Assembly: GCA_052390235.1 (NCBI GenBank) | Contig: JBQTHB010000002.1 | Coordinates: 160,001 to 224,000, forward strand | Length of the DNA stretch: 64,000 nucleotides | Origin: Deltaproteobacteria bacterium | Lineage (GTDB): Bacteria; Desulfobacterota_D; UBA1144; Nemesobacterales; CSP1-2 | Direction: 5' to 3' | Part shown: in pieces, positions 63,715 through 64,000 of the stretch | Layout: each line of letters starts with the position of its first letter | How positions within the stretch are numbered: position 1 is the first letter of the stretch | Translations under genes and position numbers: made by a program | Notes under the pieces: generated by a model | Told to the model about the DNA's origin: nothing | Seen by the model: only the letters and a program-made list of their open reading frames with translations | Databases searched by the model: none

Positions 63715-64000
63715 ATGAAATTGTTTCAGGATAAAGTGGTTCTAATCACTGGCGGCACATCTGGTATCGGACGAGCCACAGCAGCAGCATTCGCGCGGGA
63801 AGGCGCGAAAGTAGTCGTAACGGGCCGCCGCGAGAAAGAGGGCGAGGAAACGGTTCGGTTGATTAAAGAAGCCGGGAGCGAGGGATTTTTTATTAAAGGG
63901 GACATTAGCAGGGAAGCAGACGTCGAATCAATGGTTGAGAAGACTGTCTCCGCCTATAGCCGCCTCGATATTGCCTTCAACAACGCAGGCATCGAAGGCA
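63715..64000 (+). CDS. SDR family oxidoreductase, 3' end truncated by the window edge
   Basis: Own translation: MKLFQDKVVLITGGTSGIGRATA...RLDIAFNNAGIEG; SD GAGGAGGT. Confidence 0.9.
   Translation, partial: MKLFQDKVVLITGGTSGIGRATAAAFAREGAKVVVTGRREKEGEETVRLIKEAGSEGFFIKGDISREADVESMVEKTVSAYSRLDIAFNNAGIEG

Overview
Bacterial chromosomal window, mostly core genes. The style is deltaproteobacterial (possibly Dadabacteria-like), which is only an impression from protein sequences. In order it holds: a truncated USP, pabB, an aminotransferase-pgk-tpiA-secG run, a ferredoxin, nth, a radical SAM gene, tatA/B, tpx, a DUF59/SufT protein, coaX, a stand-alone LigD phosphoesterase-like gene, an ECF sigma/anti-sigma/Spy-like triad, uvrB and a transglutaminase. 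Next is the rimP-nusA-infB-rbfA-truB-rpsO-pnp-miaA block, two LLM oxidoreductases bracketing an aldehyde dehydrogenase and a split B12 acyl-CoA mutase, then cysS, cstA, an M4 protease, GST and bioF. The window ends with a c-type cytochrome cluster, an AAA+/VWA pair, polX, ligA, serS and a truncated SDR. I saw no rRNA, tRNA, CRISPR array or transposase. Most notable: (1) a four-gene redox cluster (49.2-53.5 kb) headed by a triheme protein that fuses an unrecognised monoheme domain to a TsdA-like thiosulfate dehydrogenase domain; (2) an AAA+/VWA gene pair enclosed by two colinear, inverted 0.63-0.73 kb mosaics of palindromic REP-like repeats; (3) enzymes with altered catalytic motifs (PGK nucleotide site, PolX, LigD-PE); (4) an isobutyryl-CoA-mutase-type signature; (5) a probable ATT-initiated Cys-rich gene after cstA; (6) probable leaderless transcripts. 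All family calls come from motif recognition by eye, not from database searches.
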